Source of the DNA: an uncultured Candidatus Saccharibacteria bacterium
GTDB taxonomy: Bacteria > Patescibacteriota > UBA1384 > JACPKC01
Assembly: GCA_964423885.1 (NCBI GenBank)
Contig: CAYRGD010000002.1
Coordinates: 18,128-82,127 of the forward strand
Length of the DNA: 64,000 nt
Reading direction: 5' to 3'
Position numbers and translations under genes: made by a program. Positions 1-10,591 of the stretch are shown here, piece by piece. The notes below the pieces were generated by a model. It did no database searches, was not told the origin of the DNA, and saw nothing but the letters and a program-made list of their open reading frames with translations. The stretch's first letter is position 1. The number at the start of each line of letters is the position of its first letter.

Positions 1-87
1 ATGCGGTGGTGCTCGACATCCTGACCGATGAACAGGCGACCCAGCAGCGTGAAACCGTCGCCAGGGCGCTCTTGGAGGATATCCTGA

Positions 88-1998
88 ATGGCCGCTGATT
101 CCCGCACCAACGCCCCGAAGCGACTGACGCGCCGCGTCATCCTCGCCCGTGCCCGTACGGCCGCGATCAGCCTTGTCGCGGTAGCGGCGGTACTGGCTGC
201 CGTCTATGCGGTGTTCGCATTCGGCTACCGCGGGCGCATGTACCCGCACCTGGCGATTGGTGCCGTGCAGGTCGGCGGCTTGACGCCCGAGGAGGCCAAG
301 CAGGCCGTTGCTGCCCAGCTGACTCCGTTCGTCGACGAGACCAAGGTGCTGCGGGTGGGCGACCAGGATGTGACGTTCGCCGCAAGCAGCGTCCATCCTG
401 ACTATGATCTCGACGATTCGGTCCGTCGCGCGTACGCCGTGGGGCGGAGCGGCGCGTTCCTCGACGATGTGGTCCGGCAGATCGGATTGGCCGTGTCGCC
501 GGTTTCGGTCGACCCGACCATGACGTTCCAGGCCGACGCGCTCGACGCGTTCCTCGATACGGTCAGCGCGTCCGTGGATACGCCCGAGCGGGACGCCTCG
601 TTCTCGATCGAGGACGGCGACGTTGCCGTGACGCCGGCTGTGAACGGCCAGCGCTTCGACCGCGCCCGGCTCAAGGAACAGCTGACGCGGTCGCTGTTCG
701 CGCTCCGCTATCCCGCCTCGATCGTCGCTCCGCTGGCGCCATCGGTAGCGAAGATCCAGGCCGACCAAGTGAAGCTGCTCGCGCCGTCGATCCTTCGCTT
801 GGCTGGCTCGCCGCTCATGCTGTCGTACGGCGAGTTCCACCAAGAAGTAACCACCGACCAGCTGTCGTCGTGGCTTGCGGTGCGGCCGGTCGGCATCGGT
901 GCAGGTACCGACGGCACGACAGCGCTGGCCCGGCTCGACATCGACCGCGAGCGGATCAAGCAGTACCTGGCCACGCTCGTCGACGCGCTTACGAGCGAGC
1001 CGCTCGATGCGAAGCTCACGATCGTGAACGGCAAGGCCACTGTGTTCCAGCAAAGCCGCGACGGCACGCAGCTCGACCTTGAGCAGAGCGCGCAGGCGGT
1101 GATAACGGCGCTCGAAGCCCGGCGCACCGCAGCCGTGGCGCCGACTGGCGACGTCACGCTCGCGGTCACCGTCAAGAAGCCGACCGTCTCGTCGGATACG
1201 CTCAATACCTTGGGCATTACCGAGCTTATCGGCCACGGCCAAACTGACTTTTCGGGATCGCCGAACAACCGCGTCCATAACATTACCGTCGGCACGAAGT
1301 ACTTGAACGGCTGGCTCGTGAAGCCGGGCGACACGTTCTCGACCGTCACCTCGCTTGGCCCGGTCGACAAGAGTACCGGGTACCTGCCGGAGCTCGTCAT
1401 CAAAGAAAATAAGACGATTCCGGAATACGGCGGCGGCCTGTGCCAGGTGTCGACTACCCTGTTCCGTGCCGTGCTCGACGCCGGGCTCAAGGTGACCGAA
1501 CGGAAGAACCATTCCTACCGGGTAAGCTACTACGAGCGGGGCGTCGGGCCCGGCCTTGATGCCACCGTCTACCTGCCGAAGCCGGACTTCCAGTTTCTGA
1601 ACGATACGCCGGGCTGGGTGCTCGTCCAAGCCGAAGTGACGGGTACGACCCTCACGTTCGACCTGTACGGCACCAAGGACGGCCGGACCTCGGAAGTCCA
1701 GGGGCCGTTCACCCTGTCGAAGACCGCGCCGCCGCCGCCCGTCTACGAAACGGTCAGTTCGCTCGCGCCTGGCCAGACGAAGGAAACCGAACACGCGCAC
1801 GAAGGCGCGCATACCGTCGCGACGTACATCGTCCGCCGCGACGGGCAGGAATTATTCCGTCAAACGTTCGAGTCGTTCTACAAGGCGTTGCCGGCCCACA
1901 TCCTCCGTGGTGCCGACGATGCGGGCGCCCCGGCCGGTGAGACCGGTGAGGCGCATACCGACGATTCGCCGTCGGCCGACGAGGTTCCGGCAGCCTGA
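88..1998 (+). CDS. VanW-family protein with N-terminal transmembrane anchor
   Basis: N-terminal hydrophobic helix, then a central region (GHGQTDFSGSPNNRVHNITVG...YGGGLCQVSTTLFRA...YYERGVGPGLDATVY) typical of the VanW / YoaR-like family. GGAGGA RBS before the ATG at 88. Confidence 0.65.
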   Translation: MAADSRTNAPKRLTRRVILARARTAAISLVAVAAVLAAVYAVFAFGYRGRMYPHLAIGAVQVGGLTPEEAKQAVAAQLTPFVDETKVLRVGDQDVTFAASSVHPDYDLDDSVRRAYAVGRSGAFLDDVVRQIGLAVSPVSVDPTMTFQADALDAFLDTVSASVDTPERDASFSIEDGDVAVTPAVNGQRFDRARLKEQLTRSLFALRYPASIVAPLAPSVAKIQADQVKLLAPSILRLAGSPLMLSYGEFHQEVTTDQLSSWLAVRPVGIGAGTDGTTALARLDIDRERIKQYLATLVDALTSEPLDAKLTIVNGKATVFQQSRDGTQLDLEQSAQAVITALEARRTAAVAPTGDVTLAVTVKKPTVSSDTLNTLGITELIGHGQTDFSGSPNNRVHNITVGTKYLNGWLVKPGDTFSTVTSLGPVDKSTGYLPELVIKENKTIPEYGGGLCQVSTTLFRAVLDAGLKVTERKNHSYRVSYYERGVGPGLDATVYLPKPDFQFLNDTPGWVLVQAEVTGTTLTFDLYGTKDGRTSEVQGPFTLSKTAPPPPVYETVSSLAPGQTKETEHAHEGAHTVATYIVRRDGQELFRQTFESFYKALPAHILRGADDAGAPAGETGEAHTDDSPSADEVPAA

Positions 1999-2000
1999 GT

Positions 2001-3677
2001 TCAGGCTGCGTGGAGCGCAGGTGCCGGTGCTGCTGCCCGGCTGCCGTTCCGGTCCATCGCTGCAGCCGCGAAAGCGCGGAAGAGCGGGTGAGGGGAGAGC
2101 GGCCGCGACTTGAATTCCGGATGGAACTGGCTGGCGATGAAGAACGGATGGACGGACTGTGGCAGTTCAAGGATCTCGGCGAGTTGGCCGTCAGGGGACG
2201 TACCAGAAAGAACCAGGCCCGCGGCCGTCAGTTGGTCGCAGTACCGATTATTGAGCTCGTACCGGTGACGGTGCCGTTCGTGGATCGTGGTCGCGCCGTA
2301 GGCGGCAGCGGCTAGACTCCCCTCTTTGAGTAGGGCAGGGAAGGACCCTAGGCGCATCGTGCCGCCGTATTCCTGCTTCAGCAGTTTCTTTTCTTGTTCT
2401 GGCATTACATGGACCACCGGATGGGCGGCGTCGGCCGCGATTTCCGTCGTGTGCGCGCCGTCCAAACCCGCCGCGTGCCGTGCATACTCGATGGCAGCCA
2501 GCTGCATCCCGTAGCAGAGTCCCAGGTAGGGAATGCCGTTGGTGCGTACGAACTCGATCGCCGCGATGATCCCCTCGATCCCCCGCTTCCCGAACCCGCC
2601 GGGGACAATGACGCCGTCGTAGGCCAAGAGCTCGGACAGTTTCTTCGGATCGGTTTCGTAGGCTTCCGAGTCGAGCCAGGTGAAGTCTGGGACCGCCCCG
2701 TTGGCCCACGAGCCGTGCTTGGCCGCCTCGATGACCGAGATGTACGAGTCGGCGAGCGTGAACTCCCCTGTCCCGAAGTACTTGCCGACGACCGCGATCT
2801 TCAGCCGCCGCTCGCTCGTCTTGACCGTTGTCATGAGTGAGCGCCAGACAGTGAGGTCGGCCGGCCGCGCTTCAAGTCCGAGCCGCTCCAACACCTTGCT
2901 CCCGAACCCCTCGTCTTCGAACAAGAGGGGAACGTCATAGATCGTGTCGACGTCGGGCGCCGAGATCGCGGCGTCTTTCTTGACGTTGCAGAAAACGGCC
3001 AGCCGCTCCTTGCGCGGTTCGTCGAGCGCCCGTTCGGACCGGGCCACGATAAAATCCGCCTGGATCCCGACGGAATTCAGGGAGCGGGAGGCGTGCTGGG
3101 TCGGCTTGGTCTTCATCTCCCCTACCATCCGCGGTACGGGCAGGTAACTCACGAGCACGAAGACGACGTCGTCCGGTTGCTCGAGCTTCATCATCCGGGC
3201 CGCTTCTAAAAAGAGGATGTTCTCGTACTCCCCGACCGTCCCGCCGACCTCGATAAGCGTGATGTCGGAATCCGTCGCGTCGGCCGCAGCCTTAATCCGT
3301 CGGATGATCTCGTAGGGGATGTGCGGCACGACCTGGACGCACTTGCCTTGGTACTCCAAGTTCCGTTCGCGCCCGATCACCGTCTGGTAGACGCGTCCGG
3401 TCGTCATGTAGTTGGTCGAGCCGATGTCTTGGTTCAAGAACCGTTCGTAGTTGCCGATGTCCTGGTCGGTCTCATCGGCGTCGTCGGTCACGAACACCTC
3501 GCCGTGTTCGGTGGGATTCATGGTGCCCGCGTCGACGTTGATGTACGGGTCGACCTTCATGGCCGTAACCTTGTAGTCCCGCGCCTGCAGGATATTGCCG
3601 AGCGAGGCGGTCACGATCCCCTTGCCGACCGAACTCATGACGCCGCCGACCACGAAGACGAATTTCCGTTTGGCCAT
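2001..3677 (-). CDS. pyrG: CTP synthase
   Basis: MAKRKFVFVVGGVMSSVGKGIVTASLG... N-terminus plus C-terminal glutamine amidotransferase region (GLCYGMQL). The ORF track starts 4 codons upstream (MEGKM) but the conserved N-terminus begins at MAKRK. Confidence 0.95.
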   Translation of the reverse strand: MAKRKFVFVVGGVMSSVGKGIVTASLGNILQARDYKVTAMKVDPYINVDAGTMNPTEHGEVFVTDDADETDQDIGNYERFLNQDIGSTNYMTTGRVYQTVIGRERNLEYQGKCVQVVPHIPYEIIRRIKAAADATDSDITLIEVGGTVGEYENILFLEAARMMKLEQPDDVVFVLVSYLPVPRMVGEMKTKPTQHASRSLNSVGIQADFIVARSERALDEPRKERLAVFCNVKKDAAISAPDVDTIYDVPLLFEDEGFGSKVLERLGLEARPADLTVWRSLMTTVKTSERRLKIAVVGKYFGTGEFTLADSYISVIEAAKHGSWANGAVPDFTWLDSEAYETDPKKLSELLAYDGVIVPGGFGKRGIEGIIAAIEFVRTNGIPYLGLCYGMQLAAIEYARHAAGLDGAHTTEIAADAAHPVVHVMPEQEKKLLKQEYGGTMRLGSFPALLKEGSLAAAAYGATTIHERHRHRYELNNRYCDQLTAAGLVLSGTSPDGQLAEILELPQSVHPFFIASQFHPEFKSRPLSPHPLFRAFAAAAMDRNGSRAAAPAPALHAA

Positions 3678-3825
3678 CTTGCCCTCCAATGCAACTCAAA
3701 CAAAAAAGGCACTCCTGGGGAACGATCCTTCGGCGCCCCAGCTACCCTACCGCAGCGCCCAGGCTGCGCGCAAGCTGGGGATGGCCCGTGATTCAGGGTA
3801 GAATACGGTGGACGAAAGGAGCCCT

Positions 3826-5172
3826 ATGGCATTCGACCCCTCGATCTTCAAGGCCTACGACGTCCGCGGTATCTATCCGACCCAACTCGACGCCACCATC
3901 GCCCGTGCGGTCGGCCAGGCGTTCGTGGCCGAAGTCCAGCCGAAGACCGTCGTGGTCGGCCACGACGTGCGCTTGAGCGGCCCGGAGCTGTACGACGCGC
4001 TCATCGACGGCCTGACGTCGGCCGGAGCGGATGTTGTGCGCATCGGCGGCATCTCGACCGAACAGCTGTATTTCGCCGTCGCGCATTTCGGCTACGACGC
4101 CGGCATCGCCGTGACGGCGTCGCACAACCCGGGCGAGTACAATGGCTTCAAGATGGTCCGCGCAGGCAGCGAGCCGATCTCGCTCAATTCAGGGCTGCAA
4201 GCGATCCGCGACCGGGTGCCGGTACTGCTTACTGATCCGGTTGCAGCCGCAGCGCCAGGTACGGTATCCGACCGCGACGTATTCCCCGCTTACAAGGACT
4301 TTATCTTAGGCTTCATCGACGTCTCGAAGCTGAAGCCGATGACGGTCGTCACCAACGCCAACTTCGGCTACCAAGGCCAGTTCGCCGCCCGCGTTTTGGA
4401 AGGCTTGCCGATCACCTTGAGCCAATTGAATGCCGAGCCGGATGGCACCTTTCCGAAAGGCCGGCCCGACCCGTTCGTGCCCGAAAACCGCGACGAGTTC
4501 GTGGCCAAGATCAACGCTGAACGGCCGGGGGCCGCCGTTGCCGACCGGGCGTTCTTCGCGACCGGTGACGGCACGTTCCTTGAGGCCTACTACATGAACG
4601 CGATCCTCGCGACCGCCTTGCTCCGCAAGCTTCCTGGCGAGCAGGTGCTCTACGACGTCCGCTATACCTGGGCCGTGGTCGACGCGGTCGAGGCGGCTGG
4701 CGGCCGGGCGATTCCCTGCCGGGTCGGCAGCTCGTTCATCAAGCAGGCGATGCGCGAGCATAATGCGCTCTTCTGCGGCGAGTCGAGCGGGCACTATTAC
4801 TTCCGCGACTACTTCGCCTGCGACACCGGCATGCTCCCCTTCCTGCTTGTATTGGAATTGCTATCGACCACGGGCCAGACGCTTGCCGAGCTGGCCGGCG
4901 ACCTCATGGAGCGGTACGTGGTGTCGGGCGAGATCAACCGCACTGTCGCGGATGCCGACGGTATCATCGAGCGGCTGAAAGAGCGGTACAAAGACGCGAC
5001 CGTGATCGACGAAACCGACCGCCTGACGATCGAATACGACCGCGACTGGCGCTTCAACGTCCGCACGAGCAACACCGAACCGTTGCTCCGCCTGAACGTC
5101 GAGGCGAACAGCCGGGAACTGATGGCAACGAAGCGCGACGAACTCTTGGCGCTGATCGGCGGAACGGCTTAG
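3826..5172 (+). CDS. phosphomannomutase/phosphoglucomutase (alpha-D-phosphohexomutase family)
   Basis: FKAYDVRGIYP, active-site TASHNPGEYNGFK and GGESSGHYYF motifs. GAAAGGAG RBS before the ATG at 3826. Confidence 0.9.
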   Translation: MAFDPSIFKAYDVRGIYPTQLDATIARAVGQAFVAEVQPKTVVVGHDVRLSGPELYDALIDGLTSAGADVVRIGGISTEQLYFAVAHFGYDAGIAVTASHNPGEYNGFKMVRAGSEPISLNSGLQAIRDRVPVLLTDPVAAAAPGTVSDRDVFPAYKDFILGFIDVSKLKPMTVVTNANFGYQGQFAARVLEGLPITLSQLNAEPDGTFPKGRPDPFVPENRDEFVAKINAERPGAAVADRAFFATGDGTFLEAYYMNAILATALLRKLPGEQVLYDVRYTWAVVDAVEAAGGRAIPCRVGSSFIKQAMREHNALFCGESSGHYYFRDYFACDTGMLPFLLVLELLSTTGQTLAELAGDLMERYVVSGEINRTVADADGIIERLKERYKDATVIDETDRLTIEYDRDWRFNVRTSNTEPLLRLNVEANSRELMATKRDELLALIGGTA

Positions 5173-6161
5173 AACACGAACCCGACGGCGTCTTTGACCT
5201 TGTGCATGGTCTGCTTGGCAAGCGGCTCGGCGTGGCGGGCGCCGGCACGCAGAAGTTCGGTCACGTGGTGTTCGTCGGCGCGGATGCCGGCGTAGCGCTC
5301 TTGGATCTGGGCAAGGAAGGCATTGATCGCCTCTGCTAGGTCAGACTTAAAATCGGCGTAGCCTTTGCCGATATAGCGGTTGGCAATCACTTCGGGCGTT
5401 CCGTCGGTTACGCCCGCGAAGATCGTCAGTAGGTTTTTGAGCGCGGGCTTGTCATCGGCGTACACGATCTCGGAGCCGGAATCAGTGACAGCTTTCTTGA
5501 CCTTGTTCCGGACCGTGTCGGCGTCGTCGGTCAGGGCGATGTAGTTGTACGCGCTCGCGGCCGACTTGCTCATTTTGACCGTTGGGTCGTCGAGCCCCAT
5601 GATCCGCGCGCCCTGCTCGGGGAGGAGTGCTTCGGGGATCGCAAAAACCTCGCCGAAGCGTTGGTTGAACCGCTTGGCCAGATCTCTCGCCAACTCCAGG
5701 TGCTGCACCTGGTCGTCGCCGATCGGTACCTTTTGGGCGTTGTAGAGCAGGATATCGGCGGCCATGAGCAGGGGATAGGCGAACAGCCCGACGCCCGACG
5801 CTCCCCGCTCGTCCCCTCTCCCCTTCTCTTTGAATTGGGTCATCCGTTCGAGTTCGCCCATGCTGGCGAGCGTGGTCAGGATCCACGCCAGCTCGGCATG
5901 CTCCGGCCGTTGGCTTTGCACGTACAGGATCGCCTGCTCGATATCCAAGCCTAACGCCAGGTAGAGCGCGGCCATATTCAAGGTGTGTTCTCGGAGCTTG
6001 GCGGGTTCCTGCGGTACGGTAATGGCGTGCAGGTCGACAATGAGGTAGACCGGCTGTTCGCTGCCTCCTTGGTTCTGCAACGCGAGCTGCTGCCGGATCG
6101 CGCCCAAGTAGTTGCCAATATGCACGATGCCGGAGGGTTGGATGCCGGAGAGGATACGCAT
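5169..6161 (-). CDS. trpS: tryptophan--tRNA ligase
   Basis: MRILSGIQPSGIVHIGNY (HIGH-type motif), KMSKS motif, class I aaRS of TrpRS length. Overlaps the stop of the upstream gene by 4 bp. Confidence 0.95.
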   Translation of the reverse strand: MRILSGIQPSGIVHIGNYLGAIRQQLALQNQGGSEQPVYLIVDLHAITVPQEPAKLREHTLNMAALYLALGLDIEQAILYVQSQRPEHAELAWILTTLASMGELERMTQFKEKGRGDERGASGVGLFAYPLLMAADILLYNAQKVPIGDDQVQHLELARDLAKRFNQRFGEVFAIPEALLPEQGARIMGLDDPTVKMSKSAASAYNYIALTDDADTVRNKVKKAVTDSGSEIVYADDKPALKNLLTIFAGVTDGTPEVIANRYIGKGYADFKSDLAEAINAFLAQIQERYAGIRADEHHVTELLRAGARHAEPLAKQTMHKVKDAVGFVF

Positions 6162-6202
6162 AGGGCTAGCCTAACAGAGCAGGCGTGCTACTATCAACAA
6201 CG

Positions 6203-7135
6203 ATGTTTTCGTCTGCCGAAGGGGCACTGCTGACGCCAGTGGTCTTTTTTGACCTCTTCGACAAGCCGCTCCGGCAAGCGGACCTGCCGGCGTTGGCCCA
6301 CGGCGTGGTGCTGGATCCGCCACTGGTCGAGACGTTGGTCGGTAACCTGGTGAGTCGGGGCGTTTTGGCACGTGCCGGCGAGTACCTGACCCTGCCCGGA
6401 CGCGAGGCGATCGCCGACGCATGGTTCGAGCGCGAGCTGACGCAGCGGTTACTCTGGGCCGAGGCCGAAGCGGTGGTGAGTTGCCTGGCCGCCGTCCCGT
6501 TCGTGCGGCTTGTCGCCGTGAGCAACTCGCTCGCGCTCGGTACCGCGACTGCCGAATCGGACATCGACCTAGTCGTGGTGGTGGAGCCGGGTGGGTTAGC
6601 CGTGGCCCGCGACCACCTGCTGGCCAGGCTCGAGGTGCTCGGCCGCCGGGCGCACCGGCTGCCTAAGCGGGGCAAGGCCTTTCCCGACGTGATGCTCACC
6701 ACGGAACGGCTCGAATTGGCGGCGTGGCAGTTGGAGCCGCTCGACATCTACCTGGATTACTGGCTCATGAGCTTGCAGCCGCTCATCGACCGTGGCAACG
6801 CGTACCGGCAGCTTGTCGCTGCCAACGGCTGGCTCGCCCAGACCTTTCCCGGCTGGCAGCCGCAGCAGAGCCGGTTGATTACGCCCGATCCCGTCCGCGA
6901 GGCGCACCGCAGCTCCTGGGAACGCTGGTACCGGTCGGCCCCGGGCCGGCTCATGGGTGCCGGGCAGACGCTGTGGTACGCCCAACGGATGCTCCGCTAC
7001 CAGGCAAAATTGCGTGAGCGCGCCACCGTCGTCGCCCAGGCCGACCTCCTGCGGATCCACGAGCCCGACAAGCGGCCGCAGTACCAACAGGCGTTCGCCG
7101 CCGCGTGGCAGCGGCTCGAGCGAATCGCGGCTTGA
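6203..7135 (+). CDS. winged-helix plus Pol-beta-type nucleotidyltransferase domain protein
   Basis: VAVSNSLALGTATAESDIDLVVV fits the minimal nucleotidyltransferase hG[GS]...DxD motif. The N-terminal ~70 aa look like a wHTH. The start could be 6185 (TTG) or the ATG at 6203; 6203 fits a TGcTACTAT -10-like element just upstream. Confidence 0.45.
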   Translation: MFSSAEGALLTPVVFFDLFDKPLRQADLPALAHGVVLDPPLVETLVGNLVSRGVLARAGEYLTLPGREAIADAWFERELTQRLLWAEAEAVVSCLAAVPFVRLVAVSNSLALGTATAESDIDLVVVVEPGGLAVARDHLLARLEVLGRRAHRLPKRGKAFPDVMLTTERLELAAWQLEPLDIYLDYWLMSLQPLIDRGNAYRQLVAANGWLAQTFPGWQPQQSRLITPDPVREAHRSSWERWYRSAPGRLMGAGQTLWYAQRMLRYQAKLRERATVVAQADLLRIHEPDKRPQYQQAFAAAWQRLERIAA

Positions 7136-7161
7136 CAAGCGGCCGTTTTACTCCATATAGT
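7132..7161 (+). promoter_or_regulatory. candidate sigma70-type promoter of groES-groEL (TTGACA-N18-TATAGT)
   Basis: Consensus TTGACA at 7132-7137 and TATAGT at 7156-7161 with an 18-nt spacer, ~100 nt upstream of groES. It overlaps the stop codon of the upstream gene. Confidence 0.45.
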
Positions 7162-7218
7162 CAAGCCATGGCGGGAGTAGCCAAGGTTTCCCCCTTACCT
7201 TCGGCTGTTCCGCCTCTT

Positions 7219-7237
7219 GCGTCCCGTTCGCGGACGC
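7219..7237 (+). promoter_or_regulatory. inverted repeat in the groES leader (GCGTCC-N7-GGACGC), candidate heat-shock operator
   Basis: Perfect 6-bp inverted repeat with a 7-nt spacer between the candidate promoter and the groES RBS. This is where CIRCE sits in other bacteria. Canonical CIRCE (TTAGCACTC-N9-GAGTGCTAA) is absent. Confidence 0.3.
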
Positions 7238-7264
7238 GGGAGCGTACTAACGGAAAGGAGACGT

Positions 7265-7561
7265 ATGGCACATCCGTCTATCCGTCCCCTTGGCGACCGG
7301 GTGCTCTTGGAGCTCCTGCCCGCCGAGGAGACGACCAAGTCCGGTATCCTCATTCCTGAGGCTGCCAAGGACCAGTCGCAACAGGCCAAAGTCGTTGCGG
7401 TCGGCCCGGGCAAACTTGATGACGCGGGCAAGCGCCTGCCGGTCGACGTAAAGGAACACGACACTGTCCTCATTCCGAAATACGGCGGGGACGAGTTTAA
7501 GTTCGAAGGGGAAGAGTACAAGATCGTGTCGGCCGACGATATCCTTGCGATCGTCGGTTAA
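7265..7561 (+). CDS. groES: co-chaperonin GroES
   Basis: MAHPSIRPLGDRVLLE...KSGILIP...KYGG; 98 aa. GGAAAGGAG RBS 7 nt before the ATG at 7265. The track ORF begins 16 codons upstream, but those residues are not conserved. Confidence 0.95.
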   Translation: MAHPSIRPLGDRVLLELLPAEETTKSGILIPEAAKDQSQQAKVVAVGPGKLDDAGKRLPVDVKEHDTVLIPKYGGDEFKFEGEEYKIVSADDILAIVG

Positions 7562-9211
<1,650 letters not shown>

Positions 9212-9230
9212 GGGGTCTGTTCAGGACAAG

Positions 9231-9269
9231 AAAGAGCCCCGGCACTCGCCGGGGCTCTTTTGGTTTGTT
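9231..9269. terminator. bidirectional rho-independent terminator between convergent groEL and the 9268-10527 gene
   Basis: Perfect 11-bp stem (AGAGCCCCGGC / GCCGGGGCTCT), 4-nt loop, followed by TTTTGGTTTGTT on the + strand and an A-run on the other side. Confidence 0.8.
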
Positions 9270-10527
9270 ACGGATTCGTTTTCTGTAGCAGCTGCCAGGT
9301 ACCGTCGTTCAATGTGTTCGGGTCGAAGTTGACGTTGTCCGATGTTATATATTCACCCTTCTGGTTGACCCAGTACTGGTTCCACCCGAGCGGCAGTTCC
9401 ACGAGCCCGCCGTTGACCGGGTCGTTGTAACTTTCGACGCCGCCCAGCGTTTGCCGGAACAGTTCGGCGTTGTGATCCTGCGACGCCGCGCGTTCGTTCA
9501 CCACCTGCTGCTGCAGGGCTTGGCTTTCGGCCCGGTACTGCTGCAACGCCTGGCCGAAGGCGACCGTGTCGTTCATCTGCTGGATGATGCCTTGGATAAA
9601 GAGCTTCTGCACCTGCCGGTAGGTGGCTTCCCATTCGACGGTCGTCGCCCGGCTGGCGATCACGGTCGAGGCGACGCCCTGCTGCTCGTCGAGTTCGCCT
9701 TTGGGTGCCCGGACCGATGTGGCGTAGTTGACGTACCAGGACGTGATGCCGTTGCTGCTCGAAAACAGCAGGGCGAACTGGACGTCTTCTTCCCATGGCG
9801 TGCCGTTCTGGTTGTACTCGTACCGCAATCGGTAGGCGTGCGCCTCGCCCGGGCCGCCGAAGAGGCGGATGAATTCGTTGGCGATCTCGGGAACGTCGGT
9901 GGTACGGACGAGCGTGGCACCTTGCAGGCGCGCAAGCGCGTTCGGCGCCCAAAACTCGGTGACGAACTGGGCGGGGTCGGTGATCGGCGGGACGTAGGCC
10001 TTACCCTGGTAGTTACCGCCTACTGGCGCACTGAAGCCGGCCGGTGCCTGAAACCACATGAAGTCCTGGATCGGCAGCCACTCGACCGTGGTACCGGTGG
10101 CGGGATCGGTTACTGTGGTATGGAGCTGCACCAGCCGTTCCCACTGGTGCATCCACTCGACGTTGCCCTGGCCCCGCCAGCCTTCCGGCGCTAGGAAGGA
10201 AAACGCGTCGACGTTACCCGCGGCCGGATCCTTGATCGTCTGCTTCAGGTACTTGACCGCCGGCCGCACGGCGGCCGCAGGAACGGATGGCTGTCCTGGC
10301 GACGACGGTTGTTGTGACGACGCCTGCTGCGCCGGCACGCGCGTGGCTTTGTAGTAGGCAGCGGCCCCGCCTACCACGGCCAGTACCAGGACTGCGGCAC
10401 CGATAATGACGCCGCGTCGACGTGGCCGAGCTAGCTGTGGCGGTTCGGGACTGGCAGGCGGTGCCGGCAGTACGACCGGCTGATCGACAGCCGGTTGGCT
10501 GACGATCGATTGTTCATTTTCGTTCAT
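9268..10527 (-). CDS. hypothetical membrane-anchored extracytoplasmic protein (N-terminal TM, proline-rich linker, C-terminal Gln-rich coiled-coil-like tail)
   Basis: The likely start is MNENEQSIV at 10527. The track ORF extends to 11010 but that part overlaps the convergent SdpI-like gene and has no coding character. It has one TM helix (VIIGAAVLVLAVVGGAAAYY). I do not recognise a conserved catalytic motif. Confidence 0.5.
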   Translation of the reverse strand: MNENEQSIVSQPAVDQPVVLPAPPASPEPPQLARPRRRGVIIGAAVLVLAVVGGAAAYYKATRVPAQQASSQQPSSPGQPSVPAAAVRPAVKYLKQTIKDPAAGNVDAFSFLAPEGWRGQGNVEWMHQWERLVQLHTTVTDPATGTTVEWLPIQDFMWFQAPAGFSAPVGGNYQGKAYVPPITDPAQFVTEFWAPNALARLQGATLVRTTDVPEIANEFIRLFGGPGEAHAYRLRYEYNQNGTPWEEDVQFALLFSSSNGITSWYVNYATSVRAPKGELDEQQGVASTVIASRATTVEWEATYRQVQKLFIQGIIQQMNDTVAFGQALQQYRAESQALQQQVVNERAASQDHNAELFRQTLGGVESYNDPVNGGLVELPLGWNQYWVNQKGEYITSDNVNFDPNTLNDGTWQLLQKTNP

Positions 10528-10591
10528 GCCTACAGCATAGCAAACTGGGTTGTCCCTAGTGTTTTTGCAGGAGTGGACGTACACTATTCCT

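Noticed and set aside
7200-7264. Canonical CIRCE element upstream of groES
   Set aside because: TTAGCACTC-N9-GAGTGCTAA is not present. Only an unrelated 6-bp inverted repeat was found; it is reported as a candidate operator instead.
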